The notes under the pieces: model-generated
Databases searched by the model: none
What the model was told of the DNA's origin: nothing
The model's input: only the letters and a program-made list of their open reading frames with translations
Translations under genes and position numbers: made by a program
In this document: positions 23,256 through 36,687 of the stretch, one piece after another
Numbering within the stretch: the stretch's first letter is position 1
Layout: every line of letters begins with the position of its first letter
Assembly: GCA_024704765.1 (NCBI GenBank)
Contig: JAKMXF010000177.1
Location: forward strand, 434,001-498,000
DNA from: Oopsacas minuta
Lineage: Eukaryota > Animalia > Porifera
Reading direction: 5' to 3'
DNA length: 64,000 nt

Positions 23256-26200
23256 CTATCTCCCCACTATCTTAGGGAGGACAGGTCTGGAATTCATTTG
23301 AGTCTTGCTGCTGTTAGTTACGATAGATGCGTTAGCCTCAGATATCTTGCGGCCCTGAAAGTTCCCTTTTTTAGCTGTCAAGAGAGGTTTAGTCCCCCCA
23401 AGATCTCCGTCAATCTGTTTGACATTATTTCTCTTGCGTAGCCACGGATGTCTCAGAGCTTGGGGAGGGGTCATGCGGTCGTTTGGATCCCATGCGAGAC
23501 ATCTCCGGATAAAGTCAATGAACACGGGATCATCACAACCTCCCATGGCTTTCACAAGATCTTTGGAGTTGGGGGGACCGCGTATCTTACCTCTTCTAGA
23601 TCTTCCACTACCATAAGTAACTGATCCGTCTGGGTGCTGGGTGATTGAGCAGTAGCGAGGGTGGCCACGAGAAGTGAAGAAGGTGCGAGTACGCTTTGAG
23701 TTGTCTGTGAGGAGAGGGGGAGGGGTACCAAACAGCTCCATCGTCAGAGCTAATTGGTCTCCTTCATCCTCTCCTGGAAGGAGAGGATATCCTGTCAGCA
23801 GCTCAGCTAGAATACATCCGAAGCTCCAAATGTCAATTGGCATTCCGTAGCGAGCCCCCAGAATAACTTCAGGTGCACGGTAGAATCTGCTCTGAATGTA
23901 AGTATAGATGCGCTGGTGTTCAAAGCACGAACTTCCAAAATCTATCACCTGAAGAAATAGAGAGAAATGAACTACAATTTAGAGATGTACACTGTTTCTA
24001 ATACTCTCGCACTTTACGGTCTTATCCTAAAGAGTTTGTATAATCAGTGGAATCTGTACTACTGTGTATTGTATAAATAAAGGTAAGATAATATTTAAGG
24101 ACACGTGGTGTGCCAGGCTAGGGCAGCCCTGAACAAATGCCAAAGTAAATCATTTGGTACACTAGCATAGCAATCATTCAGTTTCTTGCTTGGAATTATG
24201 CGTTAAAGCACGGTAAACATGTATTTGTGCCCTAGCACAGTGATTCTCAAACTGGGGTCCGTGACACCTAGGTGGTGTGTTATATTAAATGGTAAGGGGA
24301 TCCGCAGATGAAAAAAGATTGAGAAACACTCCCTAGCAAACTATATTGCCTGGCAACGTCACTGAAAGGACATCATCTAGCAAACAGATGACAGAGAAGA
24401 CAATTGGAGGCCAAATACTTGCTACTTCGTGATTTGCAACGTAAAATATTTAATAATAAAAACAGATAACAGTATTGATGAGGAATAATGAAGAAACTAT
24501 ATGTTGCCTCTCAATTGTTCCCCATCAACAAATCACAAAGTAGTAAGTATATAGATAAGGAACAATTATAAGTAAATGTAGAATACAAATTTGAAATCAT
24601 ATTTCTGATAAAATCAGTTCCCATTATGATAACGAATTTTATCAATAGGATCTACGTGGCTCTGGAAGGACAGATAGAATCGCTAAAATCTCGTAGATGG
24701 TGGTCAATTCGCATACTCTACTTAGTTATGTTCGTTAATGTATACACTACAGCATGCATGTTCACAAATATTTATCCGTATTTGAAATCTCTGAATCAAG
24801 ATACATCAGATTTCTTCTATAGTTGTGTAATTGCTGTGTACCCATTAGGCATGTTCATGTCCTCTCCGCTGCTGGGATATTGGTTCAATATATCCTCCAC
24901 CAGACAACCAATAGTATTTGTTCTAGTTCTAGTTATCATATCGAACATAATCTACGTGTACTGCAACCAGATCCCAGGTAATGTAGCTATATGGATAGTG
25001 TTAATAAGCAGATTCTTGATGGGGGTAGCTTCTGGATGCAGGGCAACAATCTCTGCATATGTTACTGCTGCTACAACAATGGAAGAGCGTACTGGCGTAA
25101 TGACTAACGTGTACCTCACCATACCTCTAGCGTTCACAATAGGCCCACTAATGGGGTTGTTATTTGAGCCTCTGGGTTCAGTTGGATACGTTATTCCCCT
25201 TATTCACCTGTCTTTGAATATCTACACCTGTCCAATTATAGTATGTGCGTGTGTAGCGTTAATAAACCTAGTGTTAATGATATGGTTCAAAGAGTTCCTA
25301 GTAATTACACTAACAACAAGAAATACATCAAAGTTACAAAAGGCTAACTCTAAGTTCCTGGAATACGCTGCATTAATGTCTGAGAGCTCAGAACAAACAC
25401 CACCAATTGTAGTAAATAAGCCTTATGATAGGATAGGATTCTGGTCATTAGTGTTCACCTCGTTCTGTGCATACCTCCTCGTAACTATCAACGACTCTCT
25501 CCTGACTCCTGTGTGTATGGACGAGTTTGGATGGACGAGTGTACAAACGATCACATTTAACAATCTACTCATATCCATTTGCTGTCTCTTAGGCATGGGA
25601 TCGATGCGAGTGTTCACTTTCCTCGTAAAATATGTAGAAGAGAGATCACTGTTCCTTTTAGAGATAATGACTTTAAGTATAGCATTCTTCCTATACATTC
25701 CTTGGCCAGGAGAGCTCCCAGAACTTATCCATCCTCTCGACGGATCGTCCAATAGTACCATTGAGATGGTCGGGTGTGACTATAAAGTAAAACCTTGGTG
25801 TCTCTGGGTACCCAAGATACATTTATTTCAATACATTTTAGGCACGATAATATTCTGTACTAATTTTCCAAATGTCTATTCTGGATCGAACACAATAGCT
25901 TCGAAGGTAATTGGTACTCACCCTCCTGGACTCCTGATGGGGGCGCTCACTGCTGGAATATCAGTAGGTCGGTGTGTCGGTCCAATCATATTTATATTTT
26001 TGTACTCTAATTACGGACCTCAAATAACGTTTGGTGCTATGACTTGTGTTGTAATATCCATGATTTTAATTACTCTAGTTACCTACAAGCGTATTGCTCC
26101 CTATTCAAACTTTGAATAACCAGTATTCAATCCTATTTTAGTAATGAATTAGTGTCTAATCATATTAACATTGCTTCGAAAAAATGTATGTATTTCAGTA

Positions 26201-29200
26201 ATTAATACAATCATAATTATCTACCTCATTATTGCAAATTGACTATCGAGGAATTAAAGTAGTGGAAATTAACGCTTAAGAATTCTACCGCGATTAGAAT
26301 TTGATATTCCAAATCGGAAAAGTAACAAATTCACAGATTTATCATATGATTACTCTGTTTTCAGGTTATTCTAGTGAAATGGAGTACACTGATTCCAAAA
26401 TATGATATCATCAACAAAGTATTGTTAATATTTGTTGTTGTTTAGGTGAATAAAGTAATTAAATTTCTAAATGGCCTTAGAAACTTGGTTACGACGGTTA
26501 TACCGGGGTAATCGCTAATATTCGGACTGACGGACCTTGGGAGCAATTTCCCCAGAGATAGGCAAGATCCAGATTGAGTCCCCTTTTATCGAATTAGGAT
26601 AAAAATCGTCCTTTCTTCAAAATGAAATTTTCACTTAGCAACTGGACTAATATTTCCATTGAAGCTATCAGCATATTTGTATTTTTTATTGTGTAGCTAA
26701 CCATTAATAAAAATCGCTAAAATGAATACCAAAACCCGAAGGGCAAAGTGGTAAAATTCAATGGAGTAGAATACAACAGATTCAGTAAATCAAGTTAAGG
26801 TTCTTATAACCGGCATGTGATTATTTCCTGGATCTACTGTATATTGTATACTATTTTGAATTCAAATTCCGCAATCCCGAGATGTCTTACACAGTGGTGC
26901 CTCTCTAATAGTCCACAATGGCAATGGCCGCAGGGTTGTCGTGGGAAAAGAATTTCAATTCCTATTCCCATCACATTTCCACAGGATTTCTGTGGGAATC
27001 CTATGAAAATTACAAATCCTAAAGGATATCTTATAAGATCTACTTTATATTTTTGAATGGCTTCACAATGCTGCTATTATTATTTACACATTTCTATGCA
27101 ACCACAATATATTTTAGCATTTCTAATACCTAGTACTCTTGCGACTCAAGTGTATTTACAGAAAATGGCAGGGTTGCCGTGGGAATGGGAATTCCCATCC
27201 AATCAACAGGAGTTTCACCACTTGAGCGAAACCATATCACAATGTGTAAAGTTATCAAAATGAGACTTGAATAAAAGGGTGCTTTTTGGTGTTAAAATAA
27301 TACACATTTTGGTATTATAGATCAATTTCGTATAAATGGGAACCTTTTCCATGTCAAAGAAAGTTATTTCATCAAATGGCTTCCCAGTACGAAACAACAA
27401 AAAGTGTCCTGCGTTAAGTTTTGAAGGTCATTCTTATAGATTTGACAAATTGGTGTCGGCCAATACTAAGAAACGATGGCGTTGTCGCACTCGAGATTGC
27501 AATGACTGCATCTATAGCATAAATGATCAGGGGAACAGTGATAATCAAACTAGAACTCCTCACCGTGTACATTGCATTGTATCCCAGATTCAGATGCTAG
27601 GGCCATTGAATTAGTAGTTTCTGACCTGAAAATGAAGCCAAGGACTCAACTAACTCCTATACCAATGTTATATGGTGATGCTGCAGCTACGCTCTCTGTT
27701 AATCCTTCTATTGCTTCAAGATTTCCCCTTTTCGGTCAATTGATTCTTCTTTGTATTGAGAGAGATTAAGCAATCTCCCTATACTTCCAACTTCAAGGGA
27801 GACATTGAATTTACCGGTTAACCTTCAGCAATCAATTGCTGGTGTTAACTTTCTACTCTACTCTTCAATAGGTAATGAAATCCTTATATTTAGTACAGAA
27901 GCTAATATCATGAAGTTTTCTACAAAGAAACATTGGTGTGTAGATGGTACCTTTAGAAGCGTATCTCATTTATACCTTCAACTATTCAGCATTCATGCGT
28001 TTGAAGGTGATAAACTAATTCCTCTCATTTATTGCCTACTCCCTGCTAAAACACGTATCATATATTCTGAAGTAATTCTAGCCCTCAAAGACAAGACAAA
28101 TGAGCTAACCACGATATTATTACCAGAGCTGATCACATGTGATTTTGAAAGCGGACTGATAGCCAGCATTAGATTGGAATTTCCTACAGCCTGTATCCGT
28201 GGATGCTATGTCCATTTTTGCCAAGCAGTTTATCGCAAGGTACAAATTTTGGGCCTATCTCAATTTTATACTTCTGAAGAAAATAATAAAATATATATAC
28301 GAAAGCTTCTTGCCTTGGCCTTTATACCCGTTGAACTTATCCCTCAAACATTTCAAGACCTAAAGCACGAATGCCCTGATGAATTGTAAGCACTTGTAAA
28401 CTATTTCAACAGTACTGGATTGAAATTGTGAACCATAAGCTTTGGAATATGTATGGAGTAGAACGAAGAACAAATAATAATCTGGAAGGTTGGCATTTAA
28501 GATTAAGTAGAGCGATTGGAAAGGCACACGCAAATATCTATGAATTGTGTCAAAACTCATTAGAGAGCAAGGATGTACAGAAACACTATTAGCTCAAATA
28601 AATATCGGAAATATAAAGGCTTATTCCAAGAATATAAAATACAGGCAAATCAACGAAAATATTAGAAGCCTTACTTTATCTTCTAACTTGGGACAGAATA
28701 GTGCTGATGAATATTTAACCGGAATTGCTCATAATATTGGACAACCAACAAATATATTCTCTGTAGTTAATATTCTTATATTTTCATTTATGTACTTGTT
28801 TTGAATCTTATTAAAATAATTCAGTTTTTTATCTGTCAAATAATTGGTTTAATGAATTTCGCTCAAATGAGTTTTGCTCTAGTGGGGACAAATCACAAAT
28901 CCTGTGGGAGCCCCATGGTAATTCACATAGGATAACTACAATTCCCATTCCCATTCCATTCCCACAGCAACCCTGGCAATGGGGCATATGGGGAACTCTG
29001 AACAATTAGATCAGAGAGGACCCACTTTAACTAATTAATAGTTACCGTTTATAGTAAGAAAGTGTATGAATTGATTACCATTCAACTCGTATTCATGTTT
29101 AAATTATACCAGGGAATAATGTATCCTACCCAGACTATACTGTCACGTAGTAACCTATTAATTATAAAGTACCCCCAGGAGGCGTGGGCAACATCTAAGA

Positions 29201-31047
29201 CCACTTATCTACTAATCGAATGTAAATACGCTCGACAGCAACTTGGATAACACGTTAAAATACTCTGGTATAACACAATGGTAAGAGATGTTTACTTCGG
29301 AGTTGTTAAGTCTGTACGAATTGGCTTAATGCACTGGTAGGAGTTGACTGGTCCTCTATGAAGTCAATAAACAAGACTAAATATACTGAAGATGCTGAAT
29401 CCGATTTTCACACTTTTGAATTAATCAGGTGTAAATATATTTGTTATTTATATGAATATAAAGTAAACAAATTTCAAAATTGTTGTAGAATCATACTTCC
29501 AACGACTATACTGGCATACTCGAGTATACTGACTCCGAATATTATAAACAACATCAATATCATTAAATCCCAATTGTTGTTTGCCTGTTTGTTTGTCCGT
29601 TGAATACCTCGAGGCGCAATGCGCGAAGTTCATCGCGAAGCGACGAGCCAAAGACTCGTAGATTATTATACTTCATTGTATTAGGTAGAAAACGGTTTCT
29701 AAATATCAGTTACAGGTTTTCTAACTACTGTAATTATATATCTTTTATGGTGTAAGAAATTTCAACTTGGCTAGCGTATTCCATTCATCTTCTAACTGTG
29801 TTTCTGAAATAATGGCTAGTAAACACAGATTTCGTATATATTTCGTGTGTCATATATTTTTCATTATTATATCCTGATAAGCATTGAATGACTGCTCGTG
29901 CACGTACTAACTGTATATGAAATGTTAAACAGTTTAACTGAATAGTATATTCAACAAATGATAAACTGACCTTAATTCCGCTCCTGCCTGGCTGCTTGAG
30001 CAGCACATTCTCTGGCTTCATATCACAATGTATTATTCGATGTCTAAATAAGAGGTCCAGACATTGCAAGATTGAGTGAGCGAATTTCCTAACCAATCCA
30101 ATGCTGAAACCCTGGAATTTGTTCTTCTTGATTAGTTCATATAAGTTCATTGATAAGAGTTCAAAGGTCATACAGACATGATTTCTGAACTGAAACGAGT
30201 CTAACATGTGAACTAAGTTGTGACTTGAATCCTTGTCGTGTTTCCTCAGATGATCGAGGATACGAATCTCCTCCTGAGCTTGTCTGTGAAATCGCTTCTC
30301 ATTACGCACCATCTTAAGAGCTATGTGTATCTGGGATTTATGGTCATACACCTTCATCACCTGTCCAAAGCTTCCCTTGCCTAACAACTTCAATACCTCG
30401 AATCTATAGGCTACATGATCGTGTGGGACATCAATGTAAGAACCGTGTTCATCGTCATAACCACAATTTAGAGGTGAGCCAATTATTCCCTGCTTCTTCT
30501 TAGCATTCTGTCCTACGAAGTATATCTGTGGGTAGTTGAGGATCTCCTGCTGCTCGTATTCTGTCAGCTTACCGCCATACAGCCTTAGGGCCTGGTCAGA
30601 TGTGAGTCCCCGGTCTTTAGCACGAGAAGTAGAGGACCTGTTCCCGGTACTGCCAGAGCCGTTAGAAGCCTCGGAAGGAGGACGACCATGACTTTCCTTG
30701 TGTATCTGTCTAGCTGGAGCATATACTGGGAGGGGGTTAGTTATTGAGAGGGAGGCTTTGGGGGGTGTAGGCTCGAACATTTGTTCAACTTGTACACTAT
30801 TAATTTGTGCGGTATCTGGACGGACAGGAGAGATATGAGGGAGATGTGTGCTGTGTGTAGGTTGTTGTGTTGCTACATGTACGTTACCGGTAGATTTGAT
30901 GGGCGGGAGACCAGTAACCCCCAAACCGGATGCTCTGCTAGAAGTTTCATTGGATTGTGTACTAACGAAGGATTGGCTCTTTACTACGCTGCCATATTTC
31001 CTGCGTGGGGGGCCGTACATTGGGGGAACTAAGTTGGAGAAAAACAA
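23256..31047 (-). CDS. DYRK2: Class-2 DYRK dual-specificity kinase (DYRK2/3-like), 2 exons (31047-29971, 23948-23256), about 589 aa
   Basis: The splice ATTAAG|gtcagt ... ttcag|GTGATA joins SGIK to VIDFGSS. Motifs: [52 protein letters not shown], and the DH box GYDDEHGSY. The intron is 23949-29970 (6022 bp). Confidence 0.95.
24238..24330. mobile_element. hAT-type MITE in the DYRK intron
   Basis: TIR CAGTGATTCTCAA / TTGAGAAACACT; 8-bp TSD CCCTAGCA at 24230-24237 and 24331-24338. Confidence 0.8.
24626..26119 (+). CDS. MFSD8: MFSD8/CLN7-like lysosomal major facilitator superfamily transporter; intronless, nested antisense in the DYRK intron
   Basis: 497-aa multi-[62 protein letters not shown] and GRCVGP match MFSD8 family features as I recall them. 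Confidence 0.85.
   Translation: MITNFINRIYVALEGQIESLKSRRWWSIRILYLVMFVNVYTTACMFTNIYPYLKSLNQDTSDFFYSCVIAVYPLGMFMSSPLLGYWFNISSTRQPIVFVLVLVIISNIIYVYCNQIPGNVAIWIVLISRFLMGVASGCRATISAYVTAATTMEERTGVMTNVYLTIPLAFTIGPLMGLLFEPLGSVGYVIPLIHLSLNIYTCPIIVCACVALINLVLMIWFKEFLVITLTTRNTSKLQKANSKFLEYAALMSESSEQTPPIVVNKPYDRIGFWSLVFTSFCAYLLVTINDSLLTPVCMDEFGWTSVQTITFNNLLISICCLLGMGSMRVFTFLVKYVEERSLFLLEIMTLSIAFFLYIPWPGELPELIHPLDGSSNSTIEMVGCDYKVKPWCLWVPKIHLFQYILGTIIFCTNFPNVYSGSNTIASKVIGTHPPGLLMGALTAGISVGRCVGPIIFIFLYSNYGPQITFGAMTCVVISMILITLVTYKRIAPYSNFE
26931..28975. mobile_element. CAGGGTTG-ended MITE-like element (a second left end at about 27170) interrupted by a MULE remnant
   Basis: CAGGGTTGTCGTGGGA ... TCCCACAGCAACCCTG, with ATTCCC subterminal repeats. 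The flanking 7-mer GCAATGG is at 26921-26927 and 28976-28982. Confidence 0.65.
27224..28879 (+). pseudogene. MULE transposase remnant with FLYWCH-like N-terminus
   Basis: Fragments [10 protein letters not shown]...[10 protein letters not shown] (FLYWCH-like), WCVDGTF...QLFSIHA...[11 protein letters not shown]...TCDFESG...[14 protein letters not shown] (MULE core), and [11 protein letters not shown] downstream; broken by stops and frameshifts. Confidence 0.9.
29560..29661 (+). repeat. Short Helitron-like derivative in the DYRK intron
   Basis: The 5' part TCATTAAATCCCAATTG(TTTG)n is shared with the element at 36252-36687; GC-rich palindromic 3' part. Confidence 0.4.
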
Positions 31048-31766
31048 TAAGAAAAATCAATATTATATGTTTAGAGCTCCTAGATATGTATATATGAATC
31101 CATTCTCAGGACTCAGGAATTATGACCACAATATTATGTCGAATATTGCCAATATTGGATACTCCAGCTACAAATATGTTACTTCAATTCATAGCTCAAT
31201 TAAATATTCAAGGGGTGGATAGAAATTAACGAGCTATTCATTCGAAATATTTAGTGATCTGGGAAATACTTAGATCCTAATTATCACGCATACCCCATAC
31301 GAGTGGTTGTAAAAGTGTAGGTGGCTAGTATACTCGATAATAATACTTAATTGATCATTGATAAGTAATTAATTATGCTAACATTCAGTATGTGTAATCA
31401 TTTTATTGTTCTATATTTCTGAAGGGGATAGGGGGCGACTACTGGCTAGACACCCCTTGGATCAGCTCCTATAGTTTACACCTTAAAGAGTACTTTCTTC
31501 TACTAATCTACTAGGCGTACTAGCTAGTCAAGGTTCAGAGAGAATGAACTTTCCAAAAGTGCAATATTGCCTACTCAATGAAATGCAATTAAACACATAA
31601 TAATTTATTGTTAACACGCTATTGTTCTGATTTACATCAGATAAATCATAATATAATAATTTTTAAATATTACATAGGAAGTGAACAAAAATCTGAAAAC
31701 TTAATATTAGTAGCACAATTAATTAGAAACTACAAAAATGAAATTAACCTTCATCTTCATTCAGTG

Positions 31767-32031
31767 ACTCATAGCCTACTAAAGATAAGGCCTGATCACT
31801 GAGTCAATTTTAACTGGACCAGGGATAAAAGGAAGTGGATCTATTTTAATGGGAAATTCTTTAATCACTAAGAATATGAAATTGGTACATTTATTCGGGT
31901 GAAAATGTACCAATTTCATATGATTGGTGATTAAAGAATTTCCCACCATTAAAATATATCCACTTCCTTTTATCTCTGGTCCAGTTAAAATTGACTCAGT
32001 GATCAGGCCTTATCTTGAGTAGGCTATGAGT
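31767..32031. repeat. Near-perfect long hairpin (fold-back MITE-like), arms about 125 bp, 10-nt loop
   Basis: ACTCATAGCCTACT...TTGGTACATTT (31767-31892), loop ATTCGGGTGA, then AAATGTACCAA...AGTAGGCTATGAGT (31903-32031); only a few mismatches or indels. Confidence 0.95.
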
Positions 32032-32542
32032 GACCCTAATTATAGCTCTCAATGAATTCAATGAATTTTACATACCAGTCTAGACAAGTTGTAAATAAAG
32101 AATTTATATTTAAAATAAGTTGAATTTATCAGATTCATGTGTGAATCATGTCACTGTATGCTCCTACAGATTGAAAAGTTAAGAATAACATTAATAAATA
32201 TTATACAATTAAAACTAAACAATATATCCCAATAATTATGACTAGTATAGTAATGTCATAACAAACCTTGTCCTGATGGATGAAAATTGATAGAAGAAAT
32301 TAGTTATAAATACTTAAGTATTGTCGTATATACAGCTTCTCATTACAGATCAGAATAGTTAATAAGGAAATGATTAAACTAAAGTAATTAATAATACAAG
32401 TAAGCTAATATATTAGCAGAGAATGAATCTGTACAATCTGCTAAATTGAACTGTCTCCGAGTACAATATTACATCCATTAGGAATGAGTGTTTGTAAAAT
32501 TCTAATAGATTCTCTAAATCCGTTGAAAGACAGTCGTTAGAG

Positions 32543-34370
32543 TTAGAAATAAGTCTTCTCAAACTCCCATTGTTCGTTTGGTGATAGAGAGTCACAATAT
32601 TCTATTATTAGAGCTTGATCACTGTTCTGTGATAAACAATTTCCTGAAATCTGATGCTTAATAAGACCTGAAATTTGGTTAAACTCAAATAGCTGGTTCC
32701 CTCCCTGTCCGTGACAATTGTATAGAGTAACATGGGTACCAGGTTTGTAGTCAGACACGTCTAAACATGTGTCGTCATCCCAGATTAACTCATTCTTATC
32801 TGTATATAGGAAGTATTGGTTAGGAGCATCTAGTTTACAATTATGCATCTTAACATCTCCACTAGTTCTGCCTTCAGAATCAATACACAGTGATGTTCCT
32901 CGATTTTTGATTGGTCCAATTGCAGGAACGTTCTTGCCAGGAACCAGCATTTCTGTAGCAATGTTATTGAGGTACCAGTCAAATGATTTACACTCTAGTC
33001 TCTCTTTAAGAGCCAGTCGTTCTGAAATATCTCCATAAGGTAAATTTCTGTTGTATGGTCTCCTCTTGAAGTATTCCTCTTTGTACTCCCCCATCCACAC
33101 GTTGATGGTCCTGAGAACATTCTTAGTGATGGTCTCAGAGGATCCCTGAGGAAAGGAGTAAGAGGAATGTCTCTCTCGGAAGATATGAGCTACACGAGAA
33201 CAAGGAAGAATCTCTAGTTTCCCGCCACACATCCATATACGAAAGGACATCTCAATGTTCTCAGCTCCCCATATCTCCATCCCTTCGTCGTAGCCCCCTA
33301 TGTCAAAGAAGTACTTCCTTCTGATAGCGAACAGTCCTCCTGCCATCGCCTCGCTGCGGATAGCATCGGTCGGTGAGGTACGTAGTGCTTTAGACTCTTG
33401 ACTCAGTCCTCTCCATCTAATAATAACATTTATAAGAGCAAACTGCTGTGTATGTTATTACTATAGAAATGAACCTGAAGTCCATACTCCAAGAGAAGCT
33501 GCCCTGTAGCTCTAGAGTACCGGGGGTACCTACTAGCTCCATAGTCTCCCAAGAGATGATATCTATGACAGGACACACTATAGTAGAGGGATAATCTGCT
33601 ATTCTCTTCAGGAGAGGCTCTAACCAACCTTCCATACATTCTATGTGAGAGTCCAGGAACACAATAACATCTCCTGTAGCCTCGCTAGCTCCTGTCAGCC
33701 TAGCACGCATTAATCCTCTCCGTGAGGAATGACGTAATAGCTTGACAGAAGGGAAATACTTGTTGAGAGTAGAAGTGAGGTTAGCCAGCTCTCCAGTTGG
33801 ATCATCACTAGCATCATCTACTAGGATAATCTCTCTCAATAGATCTGATGGTGTGGTACGAGTTATGCTTGTCAGAGACCGCATAAGTACAGAGAATGCT
33901 TCGTTGACGAATATAATCACAATAGAAGCAACACCTAGCTCTGAGTGGGGAGGGATAGGCTGAGACAAACATTGGGAATCACGAAAATCAGAGAGGGGTC
34001 GGTACCAAGGCAGACGATCGCTTTTATATTTGTTGAATCCGTATCTGTCTAGTCCGGTCTTGTATTCAGTCTTCTCTTCGTCTGTTATTGGTTCTATGTT
34101 TGAGCTGTGAGGGGAATCAGGCGGTAAAATGAAGGGGCGGAGAGGATCAGGTAGAATATCTCGAAGAGACTCTTTCTCAGACAGAGACATTCCTTTGAAG
34201 GTAGACCGTATAAGTAGAATACTTGTATATATTATGGAAATAAGTAGTGCACACAAGAAGATCAACATAGTCAAAACAAGCAGCATCCAAATACGCTTCT
34301 TGCGACCCCGACACAGATAGTGTAGTCCTCCTAGCACTCCTCTCATCTTAAATAATTTGCCAGCTCTCAT
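32543..34370 (-). CDS. GALNT: Polypeptide N-acetylgalactosaminyltransferase, 2 exons (34370-33475, 33416-32543), about 589 aa
   Basis: N-terminal TM anchor; SIVIIFVNE, IILVDDAS, GLMRARLTGA, DxH motif FLDSH, WLEPLL and MAGGLFAI, WGAENIEMSFRIWMCGG, and a ricin-type lectin domain with QxW-like repeats. A 58-bp GT-AG intron joins DFR to WRGL. The paralog cannot be assigned. Confidence 0.95.
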
Positions 34371-36251
34371 TCATACAGCTACAGCAGTGCTATAATAATT
34401 CTACTGTTGCATTGTATCAGAATTAATTGAGTAACAAGAGTCATTATGCAGTACTTATGATACCACATGTATGTATCATCACATGTGGTATCATATGTAA
34501 AAATTGCTTAGGGGCAACAGATCATATTCTGGATCTGGGTGCCATCTGTATATGGGTTCCGTTCATTGGCATGCCATCATAACTAGAAAACTAGGATATC
34601 GCAAACTTCAGAAATTAGAACAGTGCGAATTCGTAATTCTGTTAATTGATTTTGGTAGAAGGAATCAGCCGAAATCGCAGCAATTGCTTTCATGGCAACC
34701 TACACATATATTTGAAATTTCTTTATCCAGCAGGTTTCTTATTATTAAATTAATATAATCCCTGACCTTGGCTTCTCTATTTGATGGAGAATAAAGGGAA
34801 CTTTACATGGCCGTTACCACCTTTATGTCTCCATAATGCTGAAAATTCTAATAGTACACACTTGTAAATTGTTGTCTTTCCAAACCATGAAGTATGAATT
34901 TGACCAATGAATGACTAGCTATTATAATTAGGGAATTATTATTTGTAATATGATATGTCCACATGAAATAAGAATGGTCAGATTCCTACTTATGGGAAAA
35001 TCGTTGGCAGCATGATGGTATGGCTTACAATAAGTAGCGTGGCCGAGAGAGATATTTTCGGGGACCTCGAGCTCGAAAAGCCTACATCAGCTTTGTGAGG
35101 GTAGTATACTCGTCCCTAGTCAATTCAACACACGAGCCTCCAGCTGTTGATCAGAGGCTCTGATCAACAATTGAAGGCGCGTGTATACTAGAACAAGAAA
35201 AAACTTAAACGCATTGTGTTAATGAATCTGTTGAACAAAAAACAAATATCAGTATATTATTCGGAGAGATATGATACAAACCTATGTACTCTGGTAAAGA
35301 CTTAATTACTTATCACTTGTTACATAATTGTCAAGTCACGGATCCAACGTGAAACTCACGTTTTTGAATACAACCTTACTTTTATTTTTACATTCTAACT
35401 TAAAAAATTTTTGGGGAAATTGAATAAAATTACACTGATTAATAACAAAATGAGCCATATTCTACCATTATCCATTTCATTATTAAAACTAGCTAAATTC
35501 AACGATCTTAAACAAATCTCACGGATATCTAGATGTCCTCATGAAAGGGGTAATTAGCCATACTGAGTGCTTTATTGTCTATCTACATATTCTCAAAAGA
35601 TTGGAGTGGAAGGATCAAAATTTTAGGAAGAAAATCTATCGCGAAAATATGATCGATGATCCCTCTCCGATAGTCAGAAAAGGATCGCGATATAATTGTA
35701 TAGTTCAACCTGACCAATAGAAAACTGCTAGCTACGGTCCTGCGTACTAACCGAGTTATATTATCCGAATAATTTTTATTTACAATTAGAAGAAGAATAG
35801 AAAATTCGTTTGGGAGATAAGTACGTGCTAACCGAGTTCTAGTGTAGATAAATATATCTTGCACTAGAATGTTAAATGTACATCTAATAGCTATCTCTCA
35901 ATTATATCAAGATACACATCACTCCCTTTAAAATACCCATAGCTGTGTATTGTGAACAAAGTCTTTATCGATAAATACAAAATACTTGATAGCGCAGTGC
36001 ATAGATTTGATGTATGCTGCTTAATATAATCAATTGAATATTTAAACCTATTATTTATGGCTCCGTCTACCTATGTGTGATGTAACACAGCCAAACAAAA
36101 CTAATTAGCTGGCTATTTATATTGTTAGAAGATCCATAATCTTTTCGATTAGTAATATGACCAATCTATATACTATCTAAATACATCTAACGTTATTCCT
36201 TATTTTATCATTTTAATGGATAGACATATTCAGGCTCACATATAAATATTA

Positions 36252-36687
36252 CCAGCGAGCTGCGCGGCTTGCGAACACTTTGTGTTCGCATAAGAGCACG
36301 ACACTTCGTGCCTCGAATTGAGCAAAGTATAAAAGTAGCAATATACTCACAATAAGTTGGTGATAAATTCATATTTGTAATCAGCGTACCCGATTACCCC
36401 AGTATACCGGTTTAATTAGAAAATTGTTTAGGATTAATTAGAAAATTGTTTACTTTATATTCATAAAAACAACAATAAATGAACAATGAGACGCTTGAAA
36501 ATGCAAAATTCGGATTCAGCGTACTTGATTACCCTATTTGTCAGTTGAGAGCAAGTCTCTAAGCATAATTAGAGATTTCAACTATTTGTTTACTTTATAT
36601 TCATAAAACAACAATAAATTTGTATATGAAAACTTTCTTTGACAACGAACAAACAAACAAACAACAATTGGGATTCAATAATATAGA
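36252..36687 (-). mobile_element. Non-autonomous Helitron-like element
   Basis: On the minus strand: A|TCTATATT...(TTTG)n ... GC-rich subterminal palindrome ... CTGG|T, i.e. 5'-TC and CTRR-3' ends at an AT target site; internal direct repeats. Confidence 0.65.

Noticed and set aside
29785-29970. C-terminal part of the 420-aa DYRK ORF, and similar tails of the GALNT, MRPS2 and NHL ORFs
   Set aside because: These are read-through into introns; GT donors restore the conserved motifs.
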